Of a DNA stretch of 64,000 nt, positions 9,963 to 19,123 are shown in pieces. The position numbers were made by a program, and so were the translations under genes. How positions within the stretch are numbered: position 1 is the stretch's first letter; each line of letters begins with the position of its first letter. The notes beneath the pieces are model-generated. The model saw only the letters and a program-made list of their open reading frames with translations, was not told the origin of the DNA and ran no database searches. The stretch covers positions 186,001 to 250,000 of IMG/VR virus record IMGVR_UViG_3300020178_000002; one strand, given 5' to 3'.

Positions 9963-10166
9963 CTACTCCCACATATCTCTTATTTCATCACAGGGAGTAT
10001 TTAAAACTTCGTTGGCATTCTTAATGGTGCATTTAATCAAACGAGGTCTAAAGCCTAAGCAACTTTCAATATGATCTAAAGCTTGGTCGCAAGGGCTTCT
10101 ATAAGAATCTGTATTTAAACTTCCTTCACAGGACAACAATAATAGGGATATAAGTATCTTTCGCAT
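9963..10166 (-). CDS. small Cys-rich lipoprotein
   Basis: GAGGAG RBS before ATG 10166; MRKILISLLLLS-C lipobox-like signal and four further Cys. Confidence 0.65.
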   Translation of the reverse strand: MRKILISLLLLSCEGSLNTDSYRSPCDQALDHIESCLGFRPRLIKCTIKNANEVLNTPCDEIRDMWE

Positions 10167-10176
10167 CCTAAGCTCC

Positions 10177-10497
10177 TCACACTGATATGAAAGCAAATTC
10201 TTGCTCTTTGACGATCTCTAAAGGAGAAGTTGGGTCTCTTTGAATAACCCATCTTATTCGATAACTGCCAGGTATGAAGCCTGCTGAAAGTCTTTCTGAA
10301 ACATAATAGATGCCAGCTTGATCTTGAAAAGGTATTCTATTTCCCAGACCTACTCTCCACTCTCCCCTGATAGGGTCTTTCCCATAGAACTCGTAATAAA
10401 TAAGATGAGGTTCAAAAGGATTACCTAATTGGTCAAATAGGATAATGGTTAGGTCATTTGGGCCTAGTTGCTGGCCTTGTGTGAAGACAACAGACAT
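10177..10497 (-). CDS. hypothetical beta-rich protein, probable virion component
   Basis: 106 aa ORF in an operon. Confidence 0.65.
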   Translation of the reverse strand: MSVVFTQGQQLGPNDLTIILFDQLGNPFEPHLIYYEFYGKDPIRGEWRVGLGNRIPFQDQAGIYYVSERLSAGFIPGSYRIRWVIQRDPTSPLEIVKEQEFAFISV

Positions 10498-10498
10498 A

Positions 10499-10852
10499 TC
10501 AAATCACCGATATGATATTATTTGAGGGTAAGGTTTGAGCTGGTGGTCTTACTGATATTGTCTGCTCGGCAAAAACCTCACTATCGTCTGCAACCAACAG
10601 AGCCTTATATTCAACAAAGAGTGTCTTCCCAGAGCTATCACTTGGAATCTCTAGTTTAGTGACATACCTATGTGTCTGGTCTGTCTGTTGCATTAAGACA
10701 GGACCGCTTAAAATGGTTCTTACAACCCCATTGTAAAGAAAGAGGGTCGCAGTCACATCTTTAACAGCTAAGGGCTTCGAGTCAGAGTTTAGCCATGAAA
10801 CTTGACAAGGGTGCGATTCACTTGCGGTTGCATTTGAGAAGTAAGTTATCAT
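10499..10852 (-). CDS. hypothetical beta-rich protein, probable virion component
   Basis: AGGAGG RBS; preceded by a promoter-like motif. Confidence 0.7.
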   Translation of the reverse strand: MITYFSNATASESHPCQVSWLNSDSKPLAVKDVTATLFLYNGVVRTILSGPVLMQQTDQTHRYVTKLEIPSDSSGKTLFVEYKALLVADDSEVFAEQTISVRPPAQTLPSNNIISVI

Positions 10853-10879
10853 TAGACCTCCTTTTTAGAAGTCTAATGA

Positions 10880-10893
10880 TATAATAACTATTA
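10880..10893 (-). promoter_or_regulatory. putative late promoter motif (TAATAGTTATTATA, short variant)
   Basis: Same bipartite motif with the spacer shortened by 2 nt. Confidence 0.4.
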
Positions 10894-10898
10894 ACCGA

Positions 10899-11150
10899 CT
10901 ATTCTTCCTTAGCCATATAAGTCAAAGACTTCATGGACCTTATCTCATCAACAAAAGTGAGAGCAGGAACTCTTGAGGTTCTGTTAAAGTACTCTCTCTT
11001 TAGGTCTTTGAAAGATTCTTTTTTCTCAAAGACAAAGATGACCTTGCGACCTTCCTTTTCAGTCTTCAACAAAACCATACCCACAGTTTTTAAATAAGCT
11101 GCAAAGTAAAGGTCTGAAGTCTTGTAGATAGGCTCTGGTGCAAAGTCCAT
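10899..11150 (-). CDS. DUF5659-like small protein
   Basis: YKTSDLYFAAYL...KVIFVF...F...I..MK pattern, recognised from memory. Confidence 0.6.
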   Translation of the reverse strand: MDFAPEPIYKTSDLYFAAYLKTVGMVLLKTEKEGRKVIFVFEKKESFKDLKREYFNRTSRVPALTFVDEIRSMKSLTYMAKEE

Positions 11151-11153
11151 AGT

Positions 11154-11369
11154 TTAACTTCCAGGGAGAAGGGATTGAACTCGTTTAGCCCCTTTGTCGT
11201 CAGAAGGTATCTTTACCAACTTTCCTTTTTTATCCCACTTAGCGACAAGTTTCCCACCGCCCCAAGAGGCTCTGAGTTCTTGCCCATCTGTAGTGAGGAC
11301 TCTACCCTCAAAGGGTTTTTTGTCAAGGAAAGCTCCAATAGTCTTCTTATCTAAAAGAGTGATTTTCAA
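11154..11369 (-). CDS. hypothetical protein (71 aa)
   Basis: AGGAAG RBS; in operon. Confidence 0.6.
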   Translation of the reverse strand: MKITLLDKKTIGAFLDKKPFEGRVLTTDGQELRASWGGGKLVAKWDKKGKLVKIPSDDKGAKRVQSLLPGS

Positions 11370-11399
11370 TTTCTCTTCTTCCTAGTTTAATGGTTATGG

Positions 11400-12071
11400 T
11401 TAAAGTACGTTACCTTCACCATCATATACTACCACATAAGGGTCAAGGTTGACACCATTAACTGTGCGAGTACTCTTCATAAGAAGAAGATCACCTTGAG
11501 CTACAGAAATCCAAAAGCTTGAGTCTTCTTCTAGGACTGGTGACATGATGCTATAGTCAAAGAAGCTTGTAGTCAAAGGCTGGAATGCACCCCCAACTTC
11601 AACTACATGACCTGCTGGAACAGTGTATCTTGCACCTGCAACGATTTGAAGAACATCTTCAACAGTTGCAGTAGAAGTAGCTACTCCAATACCTGCTGTA
11701 GCTACTTCAGCAGCAATCAAAGCATTGATCTGTGCAAGCGTGAGTGAGTTACCTGCAACCATTCTAGCAATGATAGCATCAGCAATATCTTTTGCATTTG
11801 CAGGGGTAATTGCAGCACCTACTGCTGGGTCAGCAGAACCATCATCAAGGTTCACTAAAAGATAACCAGCTAAACCACTAACTTCTTGAGTCACGACACC
11901 ACCAACTACTACAGGAAGAGTCGCAGTCTCAACTACTCGTAAGTAGCGAGGACCTTGAGCAACAGGGTCTAAAACAGGGTTAGCTTGTGATCTATTAGGC
12001 CAAAGGTCTTTAACCATAAGCTGACCATTACTGATTGAAGCATCACGAATACAAATTGCTGGACTTGCCAT
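11400..12071 (-). CDS. virion-like structural protein, paralog 3 of a tandem triplet
   Basis: Ala/Val/Gly-rich; shares DL.P..SQ.N...GP.Y, IADAIIAR...SLTLA.IN and VYDG motifs with the next two genes. Confidence 0.75.
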   Translation of the reverse strand: MASPAICIRDASISNGQLMVKDLWPNRSQANPVLDPVAQGPRYLRVVETATLPVVVGGVVTQEVSGLAGYLLVNLDDGSADPAVGAAITPANAKDIADAIIARMVAGNSLTLAQINALIAAEVATAGIGVATSTATVEDVLQIVAGARYTVPAGHVVEVGGAFQPLTTSFFDYSIMSPVLEEDSSFWISVAQGDLLLMKSTRTVNGVNLDPYVVVYDGEGNVL

Positions 12072-12089
12072 AATTTATTCTCCTTTATA

Positions 12090-12797
12090 TTAAATGTAGA
12101 GTGAACCGTCGTCACCATAGATGACGACTAAAGGTGCTGCAGTGCCAGCAACTGTTCTTTCTTGGGCTTTTCTAAGCTGACCTCTTTTAGCAGAGATCCA
12201 GAAAGAAGGGTTGTTGTCAAAGTCAGTCCAAAGGCTAGAAGCGTCAGCAGGGTCTGAGAAGAAGCCTGCTTGAGCTGGAGCACCTAAAGCTACAAAAACA
12301 CCACCATTTTGGATGTCTTGCCCTGCTGGGACAGTAAATACTTTATATCCAGATACAATTTGAAGAACTTCTTCAACTGTGCCTGTTGAGTTTCCTAAAG
12401 TACCATCAAGATCATTACCAGCACCGATTTCATCTACAATAGCAGAATTGATATCAGCTAATGTTAAAGATTGAGCTGATTCCATTCTAGCAATGATAGC
12501 GTCAGCTATTGCTTGTGCCTCAGGAGCAGTAAGAGCTACAGTTGCAGCATCTGTATTCTCGACAGTAGTCAAGATATATACTGCTAAACCTGAGAAATTA
12601 GCTGTGGTGGCAAAGTTACCATCGAGAGCAACATCTTCAGTTATATCACGACTATGTGCATAAAGGTATGCAGGACCTTTAAAGTTAGGTGTGATTGTAG
12701 CATTAGATTGAGTTTTGTGAGGGTGTAGGTCTGTAATCTGAACAGAAACACGACCATCTGTAGAGTTAAGAACTCTAGGTGTACACATGAAAGGCAT
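12090..12797 (-). CDS. virion-like structural protein, paralog 2 of a tandem triplet
   Basis: Same shared motifs; AGGAG RBS. Confidence 0.75.
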   Translation of the reverse strand: MPFMCTPRVLNSTDGRVSVQITDLHPHKTQSNATITPNFKGPAYLYAHSRDITEDVALDGNFATTANFSGLAVYILTTVENTDAATVALTAPEAQAIADAIIARMESAQSLTLADINSAIVDEIGAGNDLDGTLGNSTGTVEEVLQIVSGYKVFTVPAGQDIQNGGVFVALGAPAQAGFFSDPADASSLWTDFDNNPSFWISAKRGQLRKAQERTVAGTAAPLVVIYGDDGSLYI

Positions 12798-12808
12798 ATT
12801 AATTCTCC

Positions 12809-13522
12809 TTAGCTGTAGATTGAGCCATCGTTATTGTAAACAGTGAGAAGTGGAGAGGTTGAGCGAACCCCAGCGAACAGATCGCCATTTACAGCATCTC
12901 TAACTGTGGTCAAGCCTCTTAAAGAACCCTCTGAGAAAGAGATTTTCCAAGAAGCATCATTTGGAACAAGGTTACGCATGGTTGAGCCTAAAGTACCTGG
13001 AGAGATAACAGCAGAGAATGTGCCATTAGCAGCTTGAACAGGAATACCACCTGCAACAGTGTACTCCTCACCAGCAAGAATTGAAAGAATGTCAGTAAGA
13101 ACAGCAGTTGAGTTGCCCTCACCGATACCTGAACCTGCACTCACACCATTACATACACCATTAACAGCAGCAACAGTAAGACTTTGACCAGCACGAACTC
13201 TTGCAAGTAGGCCATCAGCGATCTCTTCAGCTTCAGCTATTGTCAAAGCATCTGCAGCACCATTAGGAACTGCTTCAATGTTTGCAACTAAGTAAGCTAC
13301 AAGACCCTTCGCTTCACGAAGAAACTCTGTTGATGTATCAGCGTTTACTTTAATAATAGGTCTTGAAGCACCTGTAGAGCCTATGTTAGCTACACGAACA
13401 TAGAAAGGACCTTGACCTTTAGGGTCATTCACAAGGTTTCTTTGTGAGTCATTTGGAAAAAGATCTGTAACTTGAACAGACCCATTTTGAATTTCACTTC
13501 TTCGAGCAATTATGAAAGGCAT
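12809..13522 (-). CDS. virion-like structural protein, paralog 1 of a tandem triplet
   Basis: Same shared motifs; AAGGAG RBS; promoter-like motif upstream. Confidence 0.75.
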   Translation of the reverse strand: MPFIIARRSEIQNGSVQVTDLFPNDSQRNLVNDPKGQGPFYVRVANIGSTGASRPIIKVNADTSTEFLREAKGLVAYLVANIEAVPNGAADALTIAEAEEIADGLLARVRAGQSLTVAAVNGVCNGVSAGSGIGEGNSTAVLTDILSILAGEEYTVAGGIPVQAANGTFSAVISPGTLGSTMRNLVPNDASWKISFSEGSLRGLTTVRDAVNGDLFAGVRSTSPLLTVYNNDGSIYS

Positions 13523-13562
13523 AATAGTTCTCCTTATATCTAGTTTTCTATTTAAGGCTAGA

Positions 13563-13578
13563 TATAAAACAACTATTA
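13563..13578 (-). promoter_or_regulatory. putative late promoter motif (TAATAGTTGTTTTATA)
   Basis: Full 16-bp match upstream of the paralog triplet. Confidence 0.6.
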
Positions 13579-13580
13579 GA

Positions 13581-14300
13581 CTACTTTTGATTTACCACTG
13601 AGCATCTTATTGTAAATTGTGGGGTAGAGTCTTTTCCTGCAAAGAAGAACTCACCTACAGCACTTGAGTTGAGAGAAAAGTCAGCACCTGGCTTAACTAC
13701 AGTAGGTGGCATTCCAACAGCACAAGAAACATAGAGATCTTCACCAGCAACTTCTGAAAGGTTTACAACTTCAACAGATTGACTAAAGCTAGGAAGATGT
13801 AAATTAACTGCATTATTTGTGAGGGTGTCTGGTAAATCAGCACCAATATCAGGTGCAGTGCCTATCATTGTGAATATTGGGGAAGTCACACTAAAGAAGT
13901 CATAAGGGACAACAACAACAATAGGACCTAAGTTTGTAAACTCCCCTGTACCCTTAATCCGACCTCTAATTCTTAGATAGCAAGTCTCATCATCTGTAGG
14001 GACTCGAGTCGTATTTGCTTTAGGTGTCGTTGCATATTCATCTAGGTTAAAAACAAATCTAGTCAGATCTCTACTATTTTGTTCAAAGTTAACCCCAGAC
14101 TTACGAATAAAAGGACTTTCGAAAGTAAAGTCATACCTAACTTCAAAAATCTTAATGGGATCTGTTTTAGCGTCATCAAAGTTTGAAGCTACTAAGACCT
14201 CAATAAGATCTAAACCTCTAAGGTTTTTGTTCGGCAGGCTCATATCAATCAAGCCTTTACTTCTGTAATTTAAACTTGGTATTAAACGACCTCTACTCAT
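13581..14300 (-). CDS. hypothetical protein (239 aa)
   Basis: Long ORF, beta-rich C-terminal part. Confidence 0.7.
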   Translation of the reverse strand: MSRGRLIPSLNYRSKGLIDMSLPNKNLRGLDLIEVLVASNFDDAKTDPIKIFEVRYDFTFESPFIRKSGVNFEQNSRDLTRFVFNLDEYATTPKANTTRVPTDDETCYLRIRGRIKGTGEFTNLGPIVVVVPYDFFSVTSPIFTMIGTAPDIGADLPDTLTNNAVNLHLPSFSQSVEVVNLSEVAGEDLYVSCAVGMPPTVVKPGADFSLNSSAVGEFFFAGKDSTPQFTIRCSVVNQK

Positions 14301-14683
14301 TTCTTACTCTCTTTCTCTTTTGCAATAAGTGGCTCATAGGATTCTGTGCTCTTACCCTTAGACTTAGCTAGTTTTTGAGCATCTGACCAAGAGTCTACAC
14401 GCTCACCATCTACATTTGGTGCTAGGGTAACACTCGGAGCATCTTTCTTCATTTCATTCTGTCTAACATCAAGCTTTTCATTCTTTTTACGCATTTGCTT
14501 TTTAATGCGTTCATTTTTAGTACTCCAACCATCTCCTTTGAAGACATGGTTTATACATGGTTTAAAAAGCTTCATGTTTTCAGTAGAGCATTCTGGACAA
14601 GGTTGTGGTGTCTTATGTTCAGACATAGAGATATAGCAAACATAGTCATGGCTGCAATTTGAACATTGGTAATAGTATTTCAT
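14297..14683 (-). CDS. FmdB-family zinc-ribbon protein
   Basis: YYYQCSNC...CPEC...FKGDGW. Confidence 0.8.
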   Translation of the reverse strand: MKYYYQCSNCSHDYVCYISMSEHKTPQPCPECSTENMKLFKPCINHVFKGDGWSTKNERIKKQMRKKNEKLDVRQNEMKKDAPSVTLAPNVDGERVDSWSDAQKLAKSKGKSTESYEPLIAKEKESKK

Positions 14684-15081
14684 AGGTTAGCTCCAAAGTA
14701 GTCTCTCAGAACCACATAAACATGCTTACACACCTTATGTGTCCCATCAGGATCTTTTTTATCTGGCTTAGTTGCCGTACCCTTTGTTTTACCATGCAAA
14801 TACTCATTATTGATAGCATGGTACTCAGAGCCTTGATACTTCCAATAGTTGCAAGTACAGGAGAGATATAAGTCTGGAAACTCTTTATCCCCTTTGGCCT
14901 CTACTATAACTTCGTATTCTCCAACCTTAAACACTATGGGCTTCTTAAATACATTTTTCTCGAATTGAGTAGTCACAGCTTTAATAGAGCTTGCGTTATC
15001 TACTACCTTTTTATCTAAGTTTTCTAGTATTTTCGATAGTGTAGCTGAAGTCTTTCTCATATATCCTCCATTATATTTCAA
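14680..15081 (-). CDS. SWIM-type zinc-finger protein
   Basis: LSCTC ... CKH motif. Confidence 0.65.
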   Translation of the reverse strand: MKYNGGYMRKTSATLSKILENLDKKVVDNASSIKAVTTQFEKNVFKKPIVFKVGEYEVIVEAKGDKEFPDLYLSCTCNYWKYQGSEYHAINNEYLHGKTKGTATKPDKKDPDGTHKVCKHVYVVLRDYFGANL

Positions 15082-15090
15082 TGGTGCATA

Positions 15091-15106
15091 TATAAAGGAC
15101 TTATTA
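15091..15106 (-). promoter_or_regulatory. putative late promoter motif (TAATAAGTCCTTTATA)
   Basis: 16-bp match upstream of the 14680..15081 gene. Confidence 0.55.
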
Positions 15107-15943
15107 AACTTTAGAGAGCCTTTCTACCAGTGTCATAATAAACTTGCGATACTCACCCTCGCCTAGAGCTCTGTACTTAGGGCTTGAAGAATAGACAACA
15201 TCTCCAAATACATCCCCACCCCAGAAAGAAGCAGCTACTTCCCTACAAGAAAAGCCTTCTATGTGCCTATCGGAGGATACGGATATGATTCTTCTTTTAA
15301 CATCATAAACACACATAACACGATTATCTCTATACAGACCGCTAACATCTTCGCCTTTTGTCTTTCTACAGATAAGACCACAAGGGTATTCTTTATAGAA
15401 AGACTCCTCGTCTAGCTTTTCTTGTAAGTAAATATAGGCAGATCCCATACGAGTAGCTACATGACCATCTAGTAATGCTTCTTTAATAAAGCTAAAAGCT
15501 TCTTCACAGAAGTCTCCTATCTCAACATAAGAGAACCCCTCTGCTTCAGAGAGTGGGTCGTTCTCTATCACCCATGCTTTAATCCCATTATAGATAGTCC
15601 AATATTTGCTTTCTGGGTCTTTTTTATCGCTTGCGATATATTTCCAGAAGTCCATGTCAATCATGCTAAGACCCTTAGCCCTCATCAGGCCACCTAGCGT
15701 ATCTAGGTTTAGGTTTTTAACCAGCACAACTTCTTCTTCTTGAAGGACAGGGATTTTATCATCAAGACAAGGAGTAGGTAAATTGTAAAATTTAGTGTTC
15801 TTTGGGGAGTCGTTAATACTTGTGTGTTTTACACCCTCACATATATAAGCCCCATACCTTGTGTTTATTGTTAAGCTAGGTGGGTGTTTTAATGAGTGAG
15901 AAGTAGAAGCACCTTGTGCTGTTAGTGAAGCTATCACTATCAT
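15104..15943 (-). CDS. hypothetical protein, possibly a degenerate DHH-like phosphoesterase
   Basis: VLVKNLNLDTLGG resembles the H-x-D-x-D-T-L-G-G motif with the metal ligands lost; weak. Confidence 0.45.
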   Translation of the reverse strand: MIVIASLTAQGASTSHSLKHPPSLTINTRYGAYICEGVKHTSINDSPKNTKFYNLPTPCLDDKIPVLQEEEVVLVKNLNLDTLGGLMRAKGLSMIDMDFWKYIASDKKDPESKYWTIYNGIKAWVIENDPLSEAEGFSYVEIGDFCEEAFSFIKEALLDGHVATRMGSAYIYLQEKLDEESFYKEYPCGLICRKTKGEDVSGLYRDNRVMCVYDVKRRIISVSSDRHIEGFSCREVAASFWGGDVFGDVVYSSSPKYRALGEGEYRKFIMTLVERLSKV

Positions 15944-15997
15944 TTTTATTCCTTTAATAATAATATATCCCCTAAAGATAATATTTTCGGAGATGCC

Positions 15998-18900
15998 ATG
16001 AAAAATCTAAGTCTGAGACCTGAGATCGAGTTATTTAAATTCTACCTAGCCATATATGGTTTTAAAAGAAAAGGGGGTTCTGAAAGAACTTTAAAAGCTG
16101 GAGCTGATTTATTGAAGAGAAGAACTGACATCAGAAACAATATTATAAAGTCTATTGTTTCGCCTCTTACAGAAGATGTACAGGTTTTTAAAACACTCCC
16201 TAACGTATTAAGAAATAGATTAAGAGGTTCGGCTGGGTCAGAGGAACAAGCTGTTGGCTTAGGTGAAATATTTTATAGTATCTGTTTATACTACTCAAGC
16301 AGAACAACCAAGGTAAAAGAAACCCTCACAGACTCAAAAGAGAGGGGCTATTTTCTGTCTGCTCTCCAAGCCTGTTCTAAAGAAGGTGTTTCACTAAATA
16401 TCTTAATGGGAGACAACCTAAAGGACAAGAGACTTAAGAAATGGGTTGAGAAAGCAAGTGTTGAAGTTAAAGAGTCTACACTTACAGAAGTAAAGGTAAA
16501 TCAACTTAAAGAAATTGAGACTATCTCTAAAGCAATTAAACTTATAGAGAGCAGAATAAAGTCTCCTGATACAACAGACATTGAAAGAATTTCTTTACTT
16601 AAGGAAAAAGAAAAGAGGATGCAATCGCTAGAATCTGCAACTGAAAAAATGGGAGAGGATTCTCCAGCAGCTCTTGCGGTTGTGACTTCTATCTTGAGTA
16701 AGAAATCTGACCACTTAACAGATACAGGTAAAAAGCAAGGTCTGAGCACCGAACAAGAAGACGTTCTTGTTTCAAAGGGAGAGCTAGAAGTTTCTGCTGG
16801 TGCAGGCTCGGGTAAAACTAAAGTGATTGCTAGTAAGGTAGCTTACACAATCCAAGAATTAAATGTCCCATCTGATAAAATGATTGTAGTGTCTTCAACA
16901 AAAGAAAGTTCAGATAACCTAAGAGAAAAGGTTATAAGCTACAGTGGTGCTAATTCAACAGGAAGATTTGTTGGGGTCACCCCAGAGTCCGTTGCATTCA
17001 GTATTCTTGATGAATCTGGTTATTTAAGAGACAAGAACCTTATTTTAGAAGAAGACTTGAGCGAGTGGGTGGATGCATCCATTGAGCAAGTAAGACAGGG
17101 CGAAGGCTCTGAAGCACCTGTAAAGCAAGCAATGTTAAGGAAAGCTTCTATTGGAGAAGATCCAAGACTAAAACCTCTCCTTATTAAAGTTGCAAGAGTC
17201 ATTGCTGAAAAGGCATATCTAACAGAAGCCCCTAATCTCCTGTCCTTAGTTTCTCCTGCTGTTAAAGAAATTTCAGATGGTGAGATTAAGCTTGCTGATG
17301 GCTCAGACTCTATATGGGATGATTTGAACTTTAGGTCTTCTATAAATGATTATATCTCTACCTCTCAAGGAAAAGAAATTCTCAAGTCTGCAAAACCATA
17401 CTCTCAGTTTAGTAGGTTTGCATCTATAGGTTCTAAACCACCTAAGTTAGCTTCTGGTAGGAATGAATGGTTTAACTTAGGTTTTGACCCTATGAGCAAT
17501 GTTTCTAAACCCAATACAAATGAGATGAAAAAGTATATCCTCCAGAAGCAAAAGCAAATGGTATCTGCTTCTGACCTCTGGGCTAAGAGAGATAAAAACC
17601 CACCTCTATCTATCAATCAACTCGAAAAGAGAATTGAAGAAGATATGAAGATAGCGACTTATGGTGCTTTTGAATATCTTAAGAAAGAACAAGGGTCTGT
17701 GGATAGGAGAGATTATGCATTACTTGCAAGTCAAGCTTTGATTGACAATCCTAAGATCTTGGAAAAGATGAATGAAAAGTATTCTCATATCTTTATAGAC
17801 GAAGCTCAGGATTTAAGTAAATCTGAAAAGACTATGTTTGACTTAATCGCAGGCTCTTTAGACCCTAAGACCTTAACTCCCAAAACAGCTTCTGCTGAAA
17901 GCTATTTGTTAATAGGTGACTCTAACCAAAAGAATACTAAAACTGCAAGTGAAGCCAAAAAAGCTGTTCTTACTACTAACTATAGGTCAAGACTGAATAT
18001 AGTAGAAGCAGCTAATAATATCATATCTCCAAGTCTCTTGAGTTGTGAAGCTAGTCCTTACAAAGATGGTGGAGAGATCTACTACAAGATATGTGAGGAA
18101 GGTCTTAGTCCAGGTAAAGAAGAAATAACTCAAGAGATCAAGCAAAAAGTTGAGTTTGAGGGTTGGGTTCACGACAATGAAAACCACAAGTTTGGAATTG
18201 TATGTAGATCCGAAAAAGAAGTAGTAGGGTATGCTTTAGAACTGATGATCAACAAAGTATCTTGTAGTACCAAACATGATATTTTAGATACAGGTTCTGT
18301 TAATGCTCTCACACATATTCTTGGCATAAAGTCTAACAACCCTCTTACTCAATATAAGTCTGTTTGTAATATACACAAATACTTAGACTTTAACCTGCCT
18401 GAAGACTTCAACGACTACCTTAACCCAGAGGGCGAAAGTGTATTAGATGCCCTCTTAAATGAAAGCTTTGCTTTCTCTAAGAGTAAAGAAGTGAAAAGCT
18501 ATGTAGATTACTTAATGAAAGTAATTGAGTATGAAGGAGATTTAGAAAGTCTTTTAGAGTATCTGGCTTTTGAAATCAAAGATGCAGATGACGAAGAGCT
18601 TTTCAAAAAGAATCTTTTAACAAAAGAGGAAAAGCTCTTTTTAGAGAAAGAAGCAATGGGAGAAAAAGTTAGCTCTTATGAGAAGCTTGAATACTTAAAG
18701 TCTGGTTTAGGATTAGTTGCTAGAATCTTCTCAGAGAAAGATTGGATGATTGAAGAAGGTCTTGATTATATGGAGAGCATGAAGAAAGTTTCTAAAATGT
18801 CTTCAAAAGAAAGAGACTTAAATAGAGTCTTAATCAGAACTTGTGAGCAGTGGAAAGGCTTAGAGTGTAGAGATATTTATGTTTCTATGACTCCCACAAG

Positions 18901-19123
18901 ATTCCCTAGAATAGGCTTAGATCTTCAAGGTGAAGAAAAGCTGGGTTATTTAGCTATCACAAGAGGGCAGGACAAAGTTAAAGTCCTTTGTGGAGGAGAC
19001 ACACCTTACTTAGTAGAGAAAGCCTGTTTACTCTCAGAAGAAGAATTCTTAAATAAAACCTCTCAACCAAAGAGTGCAAGCTTTGTTGATGCTATGACTC
19101 TTTGGTTAGAGGAGAATCAGTGA
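15998..19123 (+). CDS. divergent UvrD/PcrA-like SF1 helicase with N-terminal extension
   Basis: AGAGSGKT, DEAQD, LIGDSNQ, TNYRS, KGLE and YLAITRG motifs. Confidence 0.8.
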   Translation: MKNLSLRPEIELFKFYLAIYGFKRKGGSERTLKAGADLLKRRTDIRNNIIKSIVSPLTEDVQVFKTLPNVLRNRLRGSAGSEEQAVGLGEIFYSICLYYSSRTTKVKETLTDSKERGYFLSALQACSKEGVSLNILMGDNLKDKRLKKWVEKASVEVKESTLTEVKVNQLKEIETISKAIKLIESRIKSPDTTDIERISLLKEKEKRMQSLESATEKMGEDSPAALAVVTSILSKKSDHLTDTGKKQGLSTEQEDVLVSKGELEVSAGAGSGKTKVIASKVAYTIQELNVPSDKMIVVSSTKESSDNLREKVISYSGANSTGRFVGVTPESVAFSILDESGYLRDKNLILEEDLSEWVDASIEQVRQGEGSEAPVKQAMLRKASIGEDPRLKPLLIKVARVIAEKAYLTEAPNLLSLVSPAVKEISDGEIKLADGSDSIWDDLNFRSSINDYISTSQGKEILKSAKPYSQFSRFASIGSKPPKLASGRNEWFNLGFDPMSNVSKPNTNEMKKYILQKQKQMVSASDLWAKRDKNPPLSINQLEKRIEEDMKIATYGAFEYLKKEQGSVDRRDYALLASQALIDNPKILEKMNEKYSHIFIDEAQDLSKSEKTMFDLIAGSLDPKTLTPKTASAESYLLIGDSNQKNTKTASEAKKAVLTTNYRSRLNIVEAANNIISPSLLSCEASPYKDGGEIYYKICEEGLSPGKEEITQEIKQKVEFEGWVHDNENHKFGIVCRSEKEVVGYALELMINKVSCSTKHDILDTGSVNALTHILGIKSNNPLTQYKSVCNIHKYLDFNLPEDFNDYLNPEGESVLDALLNESFAFSKSKEVKSYVDYLMKVIEYEGDLESLLEYLAFEIKDADDEELFKKNLLTKEEKLFLEKEAMGEKVSSYEKLEYLKSGLGLVARIFSEKDWMIEEGLDYMESMKKVSKMSSKERDLNRVLIRTCEQWKGLECRDIYVSMTPTRFPRIGLDLQGEEKLGYLAITRGQDKVKVLCGGDTPYLVEKACLLSEEEFLNKTSQPKSASFVDAMTLWLEENQ

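Noticed and set aside
7934-10166. Holin/spanin lysis cassette
   Set aside because: The topologies are suggestive, but there is no endolysin nearby and the coiled-coil protein has two TM helices rather than one; kept only as membrane proteins.
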